Positions 52,778 to 61,866 of a stretch of DNA of 62,239 nt are shown piece by piece; positions within the stretch are counted from its first letter, which is position 1; each line of letters starts with the position of its first letter. Source of the DNA: Candidatus Limnocylindrales bacterium. GTDB taxonomy: Bacteria; Chloroflexota; Limnocylindria; Limnocylindrales; CSP1-4. Position numbers and translations under genes: made by a program. The stretch is taken from assembly GCA_046599085.1 (NCBI GenBank), contig JBKJHI010000003.1, positions 1 to 62,239 of the forward strand. The letters are read 5' to 3'. The notes under the pieces were generated by a model. The model worked only from the letters and a program-made list of their open reading frames with translations, did not search any database and had not been told where the DNA came from.

Positions 52778-53950
52778 TTGCCGAGGAGGGTCGCGCGACG
52801 TGCCCGAGTGGCCGCAGCGCTCACATTCGCATCGATCGTCATGGCGACGCTGGTCCCGGGCGTCGCCGCCGACGGCGGCCTCGAGGTCACCACGCCGTAC
52901 CCGTCCGTCGCCGTCGCTCCGGGGGACAAGGTCAGCTTCGACCTGACCGTCGCCTCCGAACGGACCGCGATCGTGACCCTCTCGTTGAGCGGCGTTCCGG
53001 CCTCGTGGAAGGCGAGCATCCTTGGCGGCGGCAACGTCGTCGAGGGCGTATCCGTCACGGCTGCCAAAGACGGCACCGTCCGACTCGACGTCGACGTGCC
53101 CGCTGACGCCGCCGCTGGCAGCACGACCATCAACGTCACCGCGCGTGGCGGCGGTGCGACCGATGTCCTGCCGATCGCCGTGCGCGTCGATGCCGATGCC
53201 GCGGGCGATGTCTCGATGACGACGACCACCCCGACCCTGACCGGCTCCACGGACGCGAGCTTCTCGTTCAGCCTGCAGTTCCGCAACGACACCGCCCAGG
53301 ACGTGACCCTGTCAGTCGCGGCCACCGGCGATGCTGGCTGGGATGTCACCGCCTCGCTCACCGGCGAGACGCAGGCCGCCTCCACGGTCGTCACGGCGGG
53401 GTCCACGCAGGGTGTCACGGTCGCGGTCACCGCGCCGGCCGACACGCCCGCGGGTACCTACCCGATCGCGGTCGAGGCGAAGGCCGGCGAGCGGACCACG
53501 ACCGCGGATCTCGGCGTCGAGATCACCGGCTCCTATTCGATGACGCTGTCGACGCCCGACTCGCGGCTGTCGGCGAGCGGGTCCGCCGGTGCACCGACGA
53601 CCATCGGCTTCGAGGTCACGAACACCGGAACCGCGCCGCTGACTGCGGCCGAGATCACCTCGACCCCGCCCACCGGCTGGGATGTGACGTTCGATCCCGC
53701 GACGGTCGATGCGATCGCCCCGAACGAGACCGCGACGATCACGGCCACGATCACGCCATCCGGCGACGCGGTCGCCGGCGACTACGTCGTGACATTTTCC
53801 GGCAAGGCCACGGAAAGCGCGGCCAAGGCCACGGCCGCCGTCCGCTTCACCGTCGAGACATCGCCGCTGTGGGCGTTCATCGGCCTCGGGCTCATCGCCC
53901 TGATCATCGGTGGCCTGCTCTACGTGTTCCGGACCTACGGCCGCCGATGA
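52778..53950 (+). CDS. secreted, C-terminally anchored repeat protein (NEW3/COG1470-like)
   Basis: TTG 52778 lies 7 nt after CAGGAGGG and gives a signal peptide. The body has repeated Ig-like modules (AGTYPIAVEAKAG, AGDYVVTFSGKA) and a C-terminal TM (WAFIGLGLIALIIGGLLYVF). Confidence 0.7.
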   Translation: MPRRVARRARVAAALTFASIVMATLVPGVAADGGLEVTTPYPSVAVAPGDKVSFDLTVASERTAIVTLSLSGVPASWKASILGGGNVVEGVSVTAAKDGTVRLDVDVPADAAAGSTTINVTARGGGATDVLPIAVRVDADAAGDVSMTTTTPTLTGSTDASFSFSLQFRNDTAQDVTLSVAATGDAGWDVTASLTGETQAASTVVTAGSTQGVTVAVTAPADTPAGTYPIAVEAKAGERTTTADLGVEITGSYSMTLSTPDSRLSASGSAGAPTTIGFEVTNTGTAPLTAAEITSTPPTGWDVTFDPATVDAIAPNETATITATITPSGDAVAGDYVVTFSGKATESAAKATAAVRFTVETSPLWAFIGLGLIALIIGGLLYVFRTYGRR

Positions 53951-55254
53951 CCGCGACCGCGCGCCCCGCGTCGGCGGCACGTGCCGCCGACAAGGAGGCT
54001 CGTCCTGATCCGCGCGTCATCCGGACCAAGGGCCTGACCAAGGTCTACGGCGATCTCGTCGCCGTCGATCATCTGGACTTCGAGGTCCGTGCCGGGGAGA
54101 TCTTCGGCCTGCTCGGCCAGAACGGCGCGGGCAAGACGACGACCATCCTCATGCTCCTGGGTCTGACCCAGCCGACGTCCGGCGCGTCACGGGTCATGGG
54201 GCTTGACCCCGCCCGCGGGCCGCTCGAGGTGAAGCGGCGGGTCGGCTATATGCCGGACCAGGTCGGCTTCTACGGCGACATGACCGGCCGCGAGAACCTG
54301 CGCTACACCGCACGACTCAACCGCATCCCCACCGACCTGGCGACCGTTGCGATCGACGAGGTCCTGGACCAGGTCGGTCTGGCCGATCGAGCCGATTCCC
54401 TGGTCGAGACGTACTCGCGCGGCATGCTCCAGCGGCTGGGCATCGCGGATGCCCTGGTCAAGGATCCGGACCTGCTCATCCTGGATGAGCCGACGACCGC
54501 CATCGACCCGCTCGGCGTCGTCGAGGTCCTCGCCCTGCTCCGCCGGCTGGCGCACGAGCGTGGCCTGGCGATCCTCCTGTCCAGCCATCTCCTCAACCAG
54601 GTCCAGTCCGTGTGCGACCGGATCGGGATCTTCGCCTCCGGTCGATTGATCGGGCAGGGGACGATCCACGAGCTCGCGGGCCGGTTCGGCGATGCGGTCG
54701 CGCAGCTCGAGGTCGGGTTCGAGCCCGGCGACGCTGCGGCCGAAGCGAAGGGGCGCGATCTGCTGGCCGCGGTGCCGAGCGTGGCCTCGGTCGAACCGAT
54801 GGTGGACGCCGGCCACTCCCTGGCCACCGGCTCGATCCCGTGGGTCGTGACCATTGCCGCCGGCGCCGACCCGGCCGTCGTCCGTCGTGCCGTCCTGGCG
54901 GTCGTGGCCAAGCACAGCCTGCCGCTGAGCTCCATCCGGCCGGTCGTGCCGTCACTCGAGGATATCTACCGTCGAGCGGTGGCCGAGCCCGTCGCGCCCT
55001 CGGCGCCGCGGACGGCCGAGGGGCCGCCGCGTACGACCGCGATCGCCACGCGTCGAACGGATCGGCCGCGTCCGGTCATGCGCGGTCGGCCACGACCCGG
55101 GCGCGGTGCCGCAGGGGCGACGGCGACGGGCGGGATGGCACCGGGCGGGACGGCACCGGCTGCCGCGGCCTCTCAGGTGCCTGTCGAGGCGCCGATCGAC
55201 CATGTCGGCGATGATCAGCGCGCACCCGTGATCATCAAGGAGGACGAAGCATGA
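53947..55254 (+). CDS. ABC transporter ATP-binding protein (ABC-2 type) with ~130-aa low-complexity tail
   Basis: ATG overlaps the preceding stop. Walker A GQNGAGKTT, YSRGMLQR, LLILDEPTTAIDP. Confidence 0.9.
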   Translation: MTATARPASAARAADKEARPDPRVIRTKGLTKVYGDLVAVDHLDFEVRAGEIFGLLGQNGAGKTTTILMLLGLTQPTSGASRVMGLDPARGPLEVKRRVGYMPDQVGFYGDMTGRENLRYTARLNRIPTDLATVAIDEVLDQVGLADRADSLVETYSRGMLQRLGIADALVKDPDLLILDEPTTAIDPLGVVEVLALLRRLAHERGLAILLSSHLLNQVQSVCDRIGIFASGRLIGQGTIHELAGRFGDAVAQLEVGFEPGDAAAEAKGRDLLAAVPSVASVEPMVDAGHSLATGSIPWVVTIAAGADPAVVRRAVLAVVAKHSLPLSSIRPVVPSLEDIYRRAVAEPVAPSAPRTAEGPPRTTAIATRRTDRPRPVMRGRPRPGRGAAGATATGGMAPGGTAPAAAASQVPVEAPIDHVGDDQRAPVIIKEDEA

Positions 55255-56261
55255 GCGGCGCCGCCGCGACGCGCCCGCGCGCCGAACGATCCGTGCCGCG
55301 AGCCGGTTGGATGGTCGTCGGACGCAAGGAGTTCGGGGATCACCTGTTGTCCGCAAGGTTCACGGTCCTCGTGATCGTGCTTGGCCTCGCCGCCGCGATC
55401 CCGCTCTACTTCGCTGCCGCCGCCATCCGGGACGTGGCATCGTCCGTCACGGGCTCGCAGGCCATCTTCGTGGCCCTGTTCTGGCTGGCGCCGGACGTAG
55501 GGACCGGGTTCACCCTGCCATCGGTCGTCGGCTTCATGTCCTACGTCGCGCCGCTGCTCGGCCTGGCGTTCGCGTTCGATGCGATCAACGGCGAGCGCGC
55601 CGACGGGACGCTGCCGCGCCTGCTGTCGCAGCCGATCCACCGCGACGACGTCGTCAACGGCAAGTTCTTCGCTGGGCTCGCGATCATCGGCCTGGTCCTG
55701 CTCGCCGTCGTCGGGGCGATCGCCGCCTTCGGCCTGATCCGGCTCGGCATCGTGCCTGCGCCGGTCGAGATCCTGCGGATCATCCTGTGGGTGTTCGTCA
55801 CCTTCGTGTACATCTCGCTGTGGCTGGCATTCGGCATGCTCCTGTCGGTCGTCGTGCATCGCGCCGCGACGTCGGCGCTCATCGGGTTCGGGGTCTGGAT
55901 GCTCTTGACCGTCTTCGGCGGCCTCATCGTGTCGCTGCTCGGCGGCGTCCTGGCCAAGACGGGTGGGACCGCGGCAGAGCAACTCAGCAACAACGCCATC
56001 CGCGAGACGCTGACGCGTCTGCTGCCCGACACGCTCTACCGCGAGGCATCCCTCGTGCTGCTGAACCCGCAGGTCACGACCGTGTCGACCCCAGCGACCA
56101 TCGGCGGCTACGAGCAGGCCGCCCAGCGGATCCCGTCGCTGCTGTCACTCGACCAGAGCTTCATCCTCGTCTGGCCCCAGGTCGTCGCGCTCGTGGCCAT
56201 CACGGTGGCGCTGTTCGCCCTGGCCTACGTGCAGTTCATGCGCCAGGAAGTGCGCGCCTAG
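55251..56261 (+). CDS. ABC-2 type transporter permease
   Basis: 4-bp overlap with the ATPase gene. Multi-TM protein with NGERADGTLPRLLSQPIHR. Confidence 0.75.
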   Translation: MSGAAATRPRAERSVPRAGWMVVGRKEFGDHLLSARFTVLVIVLGLAAAIPLYFAAAAIRDVASSVTGSQAIFVALFWLAPDVGTGFTLPSVVGFMSYVAPLLGLAFAFDAINGERADGTLPRLLSQPIHRDDVVNGKFFAGLAIIGLVLLAVVGAIAAFGLIRLGIVPAPVEILRIILWVFVTFVYISLWLAFGMLLSVVVHRAATSALIGFGVWMLLTVFGGLIVSLLGGVLAKTGGTAAEQLSNNAIRETLTRLLPDTLYREASLVLLNPQVTTVSTPATIGGYEQAAQRIPSLLSLDQSFILVWPQVVALVAITVALFALAYVQFMRQEVRA

Positions 56262-56304
56262 GCACGACGCGGACTCGCCGGCGCGAACGGACGCACGGGC
56301 TCGG

Positions 56305-56910
56305 CTAGCCGCGCAGCGTCCCCGGCTCCAGTCCCAACTCCCGTTCCGTGGCGCCCACCGACCAGGCCACCACGTCCTCGCGGGACAGCGTCGTCCCGTG
56401 GGCGACGACCTGGAGGGCCAACCCGTCGAGCAGGGACAGGATCCGCCACGCGGCGCCGATCGGGTCCGCGCACACGAACGACCCGTTGGCCACGCCGCGC
56501 CGGATGGTCGTCTCAAGGAGCCCCTGCCACTCCAGGTTGAGCGCCTCGGAGACGGCCCGGATGGCCGGCCGGCGAGCCGCCTCGGCCCAGGCATCCAGCC
56601 ACAGCTGGAAGGCCCAGTCCTTGTCGGCAGGGGTGTACGAGGTGAAGAACGCGCGCAGCGCATCGATCGGTGACGCGGCGCCACCCATGAGCGCCGATGA
56701 CGCGCCCAGGTCCTGCCGCGCGACCCGTTCGAAGGCGGCCGCCAACACGTCGTCCATCGATTCGAAGTAGTGGTGGATGAGCCCCGATGACGTGCCCATC
56801 GCCGCCGCCACGTCGCGCACCGTCGTCGAGGCGAGACCCTTGTCCACGGCCACCGACAGCGCGGCAGCCACGATGGCCTCGCGCCGCTGGTCGGGGGGCA
56901 TGCGCTTCAT
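56305..56910 (-). CDS. TetR-family transcriptional regulator
   Basis: HTH REAIVAAALSVAVDKGLASTTVRDVAAAMGTSSGLIHHYF. ATG 56910 preferred over TTG 56931. Confidence 0.85.
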   Translation of the reverse strand: MKRMPPDQRREAIVAAALSVAVDKGLASTTVRDVAAAMGTSSGLIHHYFESMDDVLAAAFERVARQDLGASSALMGGAASPIDALRAFFTSYTPADKDWAFQLWLDAWAEAARRPAIRAVSEALNLEWQGLLETTIRRGVANGSFVCADPIGAAWRILSLLDGLALQVVAHGTTLSREDVVAWSVGATERELGLEPGTLRG

Positions 56911-56926
56911 GGGTCGCAGCGTAGGA

Positions 56927-56936
56927 CGCAATTGCG
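56927..56936. promoter_or_regulatory. 10-bp perfect palindrome CGCAATTGCG (TetR operator candidate)
   Basis: Read directly in the divergent spacer between tetR and the GcvT-like gene. Flanked by GGA/TCC-type extensions. Confidence 0.3.
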
Positions 56937-56999
56937 CATCCGTCCAACAGCGGCTAGCCTAGCCCGAACCGACCCCACGACCGAGAGGGCGCACCCGGC

Positions 57000-58199
57000 A
57001 TGATCCACACGACCCCATTCCACGAGCGCACCAGTGCGCTCAACGAGACCCACCTGTGGAGCCACTGGTCGGGCCACCTCGCCGCCGACCGATATCAGAT
57101 GTCGGACAAGATGGAGTACTTCGCGGTCCGCAACGCGGCCGGGCTGTTCGACTCCAGTCCGCTCTACAAGTACTGGATCCGCGGGAAGGATGCGGAGGCC
57201 TTCCTGGCCGGCGTCCTCGCCCGCGACATCCGCCAGTGCCCGCCAGGGCAAGCGCAGTACACGGTCTGGCTGGACGACCGCGGCTTCGTGATCGAGGACG
57301 GGGTCATCCTCCACACGTCGAAGGACGAGTACCTGCTCACCAGCGCCGAGCCGAACTTCGCGTACTTCGCCGATCGCATCGGTCGCCACAAGGTGACGAT
57401 CGAGGAAGTCAGCCACGATATCGGGACGCTCGCGCTCCAGGGGCCTCGCTCCCGGGCGCTGCTCGCGAAGCTCGTGCCACAGATGGAGAAGATCCCGTAC
57501 TTCGGTGTGGCCAAGGGCGAGATCGGTGGGGCCGGGGTGACTGTCAGCCGGACGGGCTACAGCGGCGACCTGGGCTACGAGGTCTGGGTCGACGAGCCGG
57601 ACGCGCTCCACGTCTGGGACACGCTCTGGGAATCGATGGAGGGCCACGGCGTCCTGCCGTTCGGCCTGGCCGCCCTCTACATGCTCCGGATCGAGGCCGG
57701 GCTGCTGCTCCTGGACGCAGACTTCGACTCCAGTCGATACGCCTGGAATGACGCCCACCGCTCGACCCCCATCGAGCTCGGCTGGAACTGGATGTTCAAG
57801 GATCTCAAGACGGACGATCGCGCCTTCATCGGCCGCAAGGCCCTCGAGCGCGAGATCGCCGACAAGACGTCTCGCTGGATGATGCGCGGCCTCATCGTGG
57901 ACTGGCAGGACTACGATCGGGTCTACAACGAGGCCGGGCTGATCCCGCCCAAGGATCACAGCCCCGTGGTCGAGGACTGGATGCTCTACGACGACGACTA
58001 CCAGCGCGTCGGCTACGCCACGAGCTTCATGTACTCCCCGATGCTCCAGCGCCACATCGCGCTGGCCAGGGTGCGCCCGGATCTCGCGGCGACGGGGACC
58101 AAGGTCCACCTGGAGTTCACCGTCGACCATCATTACGAGCAGGTCGCCGCGCACGTCGCCCGGCTGCCGCTCTACAACCCAGCGCGAAAGACGGCCTGA
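57000..58199 (+). CDS. aminomethyltransferase-family (GcvT-like) folate-binding protein
   Basis: TPFHERT, AVRNAAGLFD, SRTGYSGDLGYE and RIEAGLL motifs. Confidence 0.85.
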   Translation: MIHTTPFHERTSALNETHLWSHWSGHLAADRYQMSDKMEYFAVRNAAGLFDSSPLYKYWIRGKDAEAFLAGVLARDIRQCPPGQAQYTVWLDDRGFVIEDGVILHTSKDEYLLTSAEPNFAYFADRIGRHKVTIEEVSHDIGTLALQGPRSRALLAKLVPQMEKIPYFGVAKGEIGGAGVTVSRTGYSGDLGYEVWVDEPDALHVWDTLWESMEGHGVLPFGLAALYMLRIEAGLLLLDADFDSSRYAWNDAHRSTPIELGWNWMFKDLKTDDRAFIGRKALEREIADKTSRWMMRGLIVDWQDYDRVYNEAGLIPPKDHSPVVEDWMLYDDDYQRVGYATSFMYSPMLQRHIALARVRPDLAATGTKVHLEFTVDHHYEQVAAHVARLPLYNPARKTA

Positions 58200-58200
58200 C

Positions 58201-59898
58201 ATGACGATGACCGCCCCGAAGAAGTCCGCCAAGCCGTCGAAGGCGTCCGTGAAGGCGACCTCGAAGGCACCGTCCAGTGGCAGGGCGACGTCCCGTGCCG
58301 ACCGTACCTACGACGCGATCATCGTCGGTGGCGGCCACAACGGCCTGGTCAACGGCGCCTATCTCGCGAAGTCCGGCCTGAAGGTCCTGATCCTGGAGCG
58401 CCGCCATCTCGTCGGGGGGGCCGCGATCACGGAAGAGCTGCGACCCGGCTTCCACTTCACGACGTTCTCGTACGCCCTGAGCCTGTTGCGGCCGGACATC
58501 ATCCACGAGCTGGAGCTGACCAAGCACGGGTTCATGCCGCTGCTGATGTCCACATCGTTCGCGCCCGGCGAGGATGGCGACTACCTGCTCCTCACCCAGG
58601 ACCACGGGCAGAACCTCAAGGAGATCGCCCGCCACTCCAAGCACGACGCGGATGCCTACGACCAGTACAGCCACGATATGGAGATGGTCTGTCAGGCGAT
58701 CAAGCCGCTGCTGGACCAGGTCCCGCCGGACATCTTCAGTGACGACCCCGAGGAGCTCATCGCGCTGGCCCGTCTGGGCAACCGGTTCAAGAAGATGGAC
58801 AAGCGCGTCCTGCACAACGCGATCCGGCTGATGACCGGCAGCGCGGCCGACTTCCTCGACGACTACTTCGAGTCGGACCTCCTCAAGGGGTACCTCTCCA
58901 GCTCGTCGATCATCGGGACCAAGGTGGGGCCACGCTCACAGGGCTCCGGGCTCGTGCTGCTGTATCACTCGCTCGGCGAGCACGACGGCGAGTTCGGTTC
59001 GTGGGCCTTTCACAAGGGCGGCAACGGCGGCTTCACGCAGGTGCTCGCACGCGCGGCCGAGTCGTTCGGAGCGGAGATCCGCCTCGAGGCACCGGTCGCC
59101 GCCGTGATCACCAGGGATGGCCGGGCGACCGGTGTGGCCCTGGATGACGGCACGGAGTTCTACGCCGACACCGTCGTCTCCTCGCTCGATCCGCGGCGGA
59201 CCTTCCTCGAGCTCGTCGAGCCGCGCGAGCTGCCCGACGACCTGGTCGAGAACATCCAGCGCTTCCGATTCCAGGGGACCTCGTCCAAGGTCAACTTCGC
59301 GCTTGACGGTCTGCCGCATTTCCCGGCGCTCGGCCAGAAGCCCGACCACTTTCGCGGTTTCACGAACATCGGCCCGTCGATGGACTACCTCGAGCGCGCC
59401 TTCGACGAGGCGAAGTACGGCTGGTATTCGTCCCGGCCATACATCGATATGGCCATCCAGTCGACGATCGATGCCGACATGGCGCCTCCCGGCAAGCACG
59501 TCCTGTCGTGCTTCATCCAGTACACGCCGTACAAGCTGCGCGAGAGCGACTGGGACGCCGAGAAGGAGAATCTGGGCGACACCGTGCAGCGGACGCTCGA
59601 GTCGTTCTTCCCGGGCTTCGGCGACCTCGTGCTCCAGCGGGAGGTCGTCACGCCGCTGCACATCGAGCGGACGGTGGGTCTCTCCGAGGGCAACATCTTC
59701 GCCGGGGAGTTCCTGGCGCCGCAGATGTTCTTCTTCCGGCCCGCGCCGGGCTGGTCGCAGTACCGCACCCCGATCGACGGCTACTACCAGTGCGGCTCGG
59801 GCACGCATCCGGGGGGCTGCGTCATGGGCGCGCCGGGCAAGCTCGCGGCCGGCCAGGTCATCAAGGATCGAACGAAAGCGGGCACGAAGGGGCGGTGA
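58201..59898 (+). CDS. phytoene-desaturase-related NAD(P)/FAD-dependent oxidoreductase (COG1233-like)
   Basis: YDAIIVGGGHNGLVNGAYLAKSGLKVLILE and a C-terminal GSGTHPGGCVMGAPG. Starts 1 nt after the GcvT-like stop. Confidence 0.85.
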   Translation: MTMTAPKKSAKPSKASVKATSKAPSSGRATSRADRTYDAIIVGGGHNGLVNGAYLAKSGLKVLILERRHLVGGAAITEELRPGFHFTTFSYALSLLRPDIIHELELTKHGFMPLLMSTSFAPGEDGDYLLLTQDHGQNLKEIARHSKHDADAYDQYSHDMEMVCQAIKPLLDQVPPDIFSDDPEELIALARLGNRFKKMDKRVLHNAIRLMTGSAADFLDDYFESDLLKGYLSSSSIIGTKVGPRSQGSGLVLLYHSLGEHDGEFGSWAFHKGGNGGFTQVLARAAESFGAEIRLEAPVAAVITRDGRATGVALDDGTEFYADTVVSSLDPRRTFLELVEPRELPDDLVENIQRFRFQGTSSKVNFALDGLPHFPALGQKPDHFRGFTNIGPSMDYLERAFDEAKYGWYSSRPYIDMAIQSTIDADMAPPGKHVLSCFIQYTPYKLRESDWDAEKENLGDTVQRTLESFFPGFGDLVLQREVVTPLHIERTVGLSEGNIFAGEFLAPQMFFFRPAPGWSQYRTPIDGYYQCGSGTHPGGCVMGAPGKLAAGQVIKDRTKAGTKGR

Positions 59899-59993
59899 TG
59901 CGGAGGAGTCCCCTGTCTGCGTCGGAGCAGCGGCGCCCACGGCGCCGTCGGGCGATCCGGCGATGACGGGCGATCCGGCGCTGGAGCGCATCG

Positions 59994-60470
59994 ATGCCTG
60001 AGACGCCAGCGTCCGCCATCCGTTTCGTGCGGCTGACGGCGACGCTTCGAGCCGAGTTGCTCGCCACGTTGACTGACGAGGAGCTGTCGTTCGCGCTGCC
60101 CGGCAACCCGACCATCGGGGCGGTGCTCGAGCAACTGGCCGCCACCCAGCAGTCCTACATCGAATGCCTGCGGACCGAGGTCATGACATGGGCCCTCGTC
60201 GAGCCGCTGTGGGAGGGCCACGGCGGCGTCGAGCGGCTGACCCGGCGCTTCACTGAGCTCGACGCCGCGTTCGAAGCGGTACTCGAGTCGATCTCGGATG
60301 ACGTGTTCCGTGACACGCGCATCGATCACGGCGGCGGGTATGTCCTGCCGATACGCGGCATCGTCCATACGTGGGTCGAGGCGCTCGTCATCGTGTACGG
60401 CAGGCTCGACGTCTACCTTCGCGCGATGGGTCGTCCGCGCAGCGAGCAGTGGGTGGACTGGATCGGGTAG
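59994..60470 (+). CDS. DinB-like four-helix-bundle protein (tentative)
   Basis: 158 aa with a helical pattern and conserved-looking His positions (IDHGGG, IVHTWVEAL). The assignment is weak. Confidence 0.5.
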   Translation: MPETPASAIRFVRLTATLRAELLATLTDEELSFALPGNPTIGAVLEQLAATQQSYIECLRTEVMTWALVEPLWEGHGGVERLTRRFTELDAAFEAVLESISDDVFRDTRIDHGGGYVLPIRGIVHTWVEALVIVYGRLDVYLRAMGRPRSEQWVDWIG

Positions 60471-60517
60471 TCGCGCTGACTTGACCAGCGACCGGACGCA
60501 CCTCCATCGTTGCGGCC

Positions 60518-61423
60518 ATGTCCACCCGAGCGCCGACGTCCCCCCGCACCGCGCCGCCACCACCGCGCGGGATCCTGTTCTTCGTGCACGGTGCCGCCGA
60601 GACGTCCGATGGGTTGTCGCGCAACGTCTCGCGGATCCAGGACCAGGTCCGCGACCGCGGCTGGGACGTCAGGGTGGTCGCGCCGGAATGGCGGCGTCGA
60701 TCCGGTCTGCGCCTCGGCGATTGGCGCAAGGCGATGTACCGCGTCTCGAGGCCGCCGTCCCTGGCCATCCCCACGCTCGCCGCCGGCATCCGGCGCGACG
60801 CCGTCATGAAGCTGGTCACGAACTACTTCGAGCCGCGGCGCGACACCCTGATCGACATCATCGGCGCCCAGATGCTCAGCGACGTGATCGGCTATCACCG
60901 GCATCGTGCGAGCATCCACGCGATCCTGCGCGAGGAACTGGAGAAAGCCGTCGATGCCGCCGATGGCGCGCCGGTGCTGCCGGTCGCCCTGTCGCTCGGC
61001 GGGATCGCGCTCATCGATCTGCTCGGGGAGTGGCGCGATGCGCCGATCGATGCGTGCGTCACGGTCGGCTCCCAGGCCCCGTTGCTCTACGCGTTCGACG
61101 CGATCCCGTCCATGCCGTATGACGAGGCGCGGCCGCCGTACCTTCCGGTCTCGTGGCTGAACGTCTACGACACGCGCGACTTCCTGTCCTTCCTGGCCGA
61201 GCCGCTGTTCCGGCGCACGGACGGCCTGGCGAGTGTCGTGGACCTGCGGGTCCATTCCGGCAAGGACTTCCCGAAGTCGCACAGCGCCTACTGGGAGCTG
61301 CCGGCCGTCTGGGAGGCGATCGCCACGGCGTTCACCTGGCATCGATTGGAGCCACTCACCGTTCGACAGGCACGCGCCCTCGGCTTCGAGGCTCGCAAGA
61401 AGGCCGTTCCTCGCGAGCCCTGA
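60518..61423 (+). CDS. hypothetical protein, possibly alpha/beta-hydrolase-like
   Basis: ILFFVHGAAE and the nucleophile-elbow-like VALSLGG. No family recognised with confidence. Confidence 0.5.
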   Translation: MSTRAPTSPRTAPPPPRGILFFVHGAAETSDGLSRNVSRIQDQVRDRGWDVRVVAPEWRRRSGLRLGDWRKAMYRVSRPPSLAIPTLAAGIRRDAVMKLVTNYFEPRRDTLIDIIGAQMLSDVIGYHRHRASIHAILREELEKAVDAADGAPVLPVALSLGGIALIDLLGEWRDAPIDACVTVGSQAPLLYAFDAIPSMPYDEARPPYLPVSWLNVYDTRDFLSFLAEPLFRRTDGLASVVDLRVHSGKDFPKSHSAYWELPAVWEAIATAFTWHRLEPLTVRQARALGFEARKKAVPREP

Positions 61424-61531
61424 CGCCCGATTCAAACGAATCGGTCGTTTCGGTGTCGATTTGGCGGATCGTCGTTCGTCGTGCTCATGACGGCAGACAC
61501 CAGGCCTGCCGCACTACGGAGGACCCGATCG

Positions 61532-61843
61532 ATGGCGAACTATCTGCTCGTCTACCACGGCGGCTCGATGCCGGAGACCGAAACGGCCCAGGCCGAGGTC
61601 ATGCAGGCGTGGACCGATTGGTTCACGAAGCTCGGACCCGCCCTCGTCGACGGCGGCAACCCCGCCTCGCGCACGAAGCACATCGCCGGCGACGGCTCGG
61701 TCAGCGACGACGCGAGTGGCCCGTCCGGCTACTCGATCATTTCGGCCGACTCCATCGATGCGGCCGTCGCGCTCGCCAAGGAGTGCCCGGTGCTCGGCGG
61801 CGGCTCCACGATCCAGGTCGTGGAGACCTTCGCCGCGATGTAG
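61532..61843 (+). CDS. YciI-like small protein
   Basis: 103 aa from ATG 61532 (ACGGAGGA upstream). MANYLLVYHGG...WTDWFTKLG resembles YciI/DGPF-type proteins. Confidence 0.55.
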   Translation: MANYLLVYHGGSMPETETAQAEVMQAWTDWFTKLGPALVDGGNPASRTKHIAGDGSVSDDASGPSGYSIISADSIDAAVALAKECPVLGGGSTIQVVETFAAM

Positions 61844-61866
61844 TCGCGTTCTGGCGGGGCGACGCC

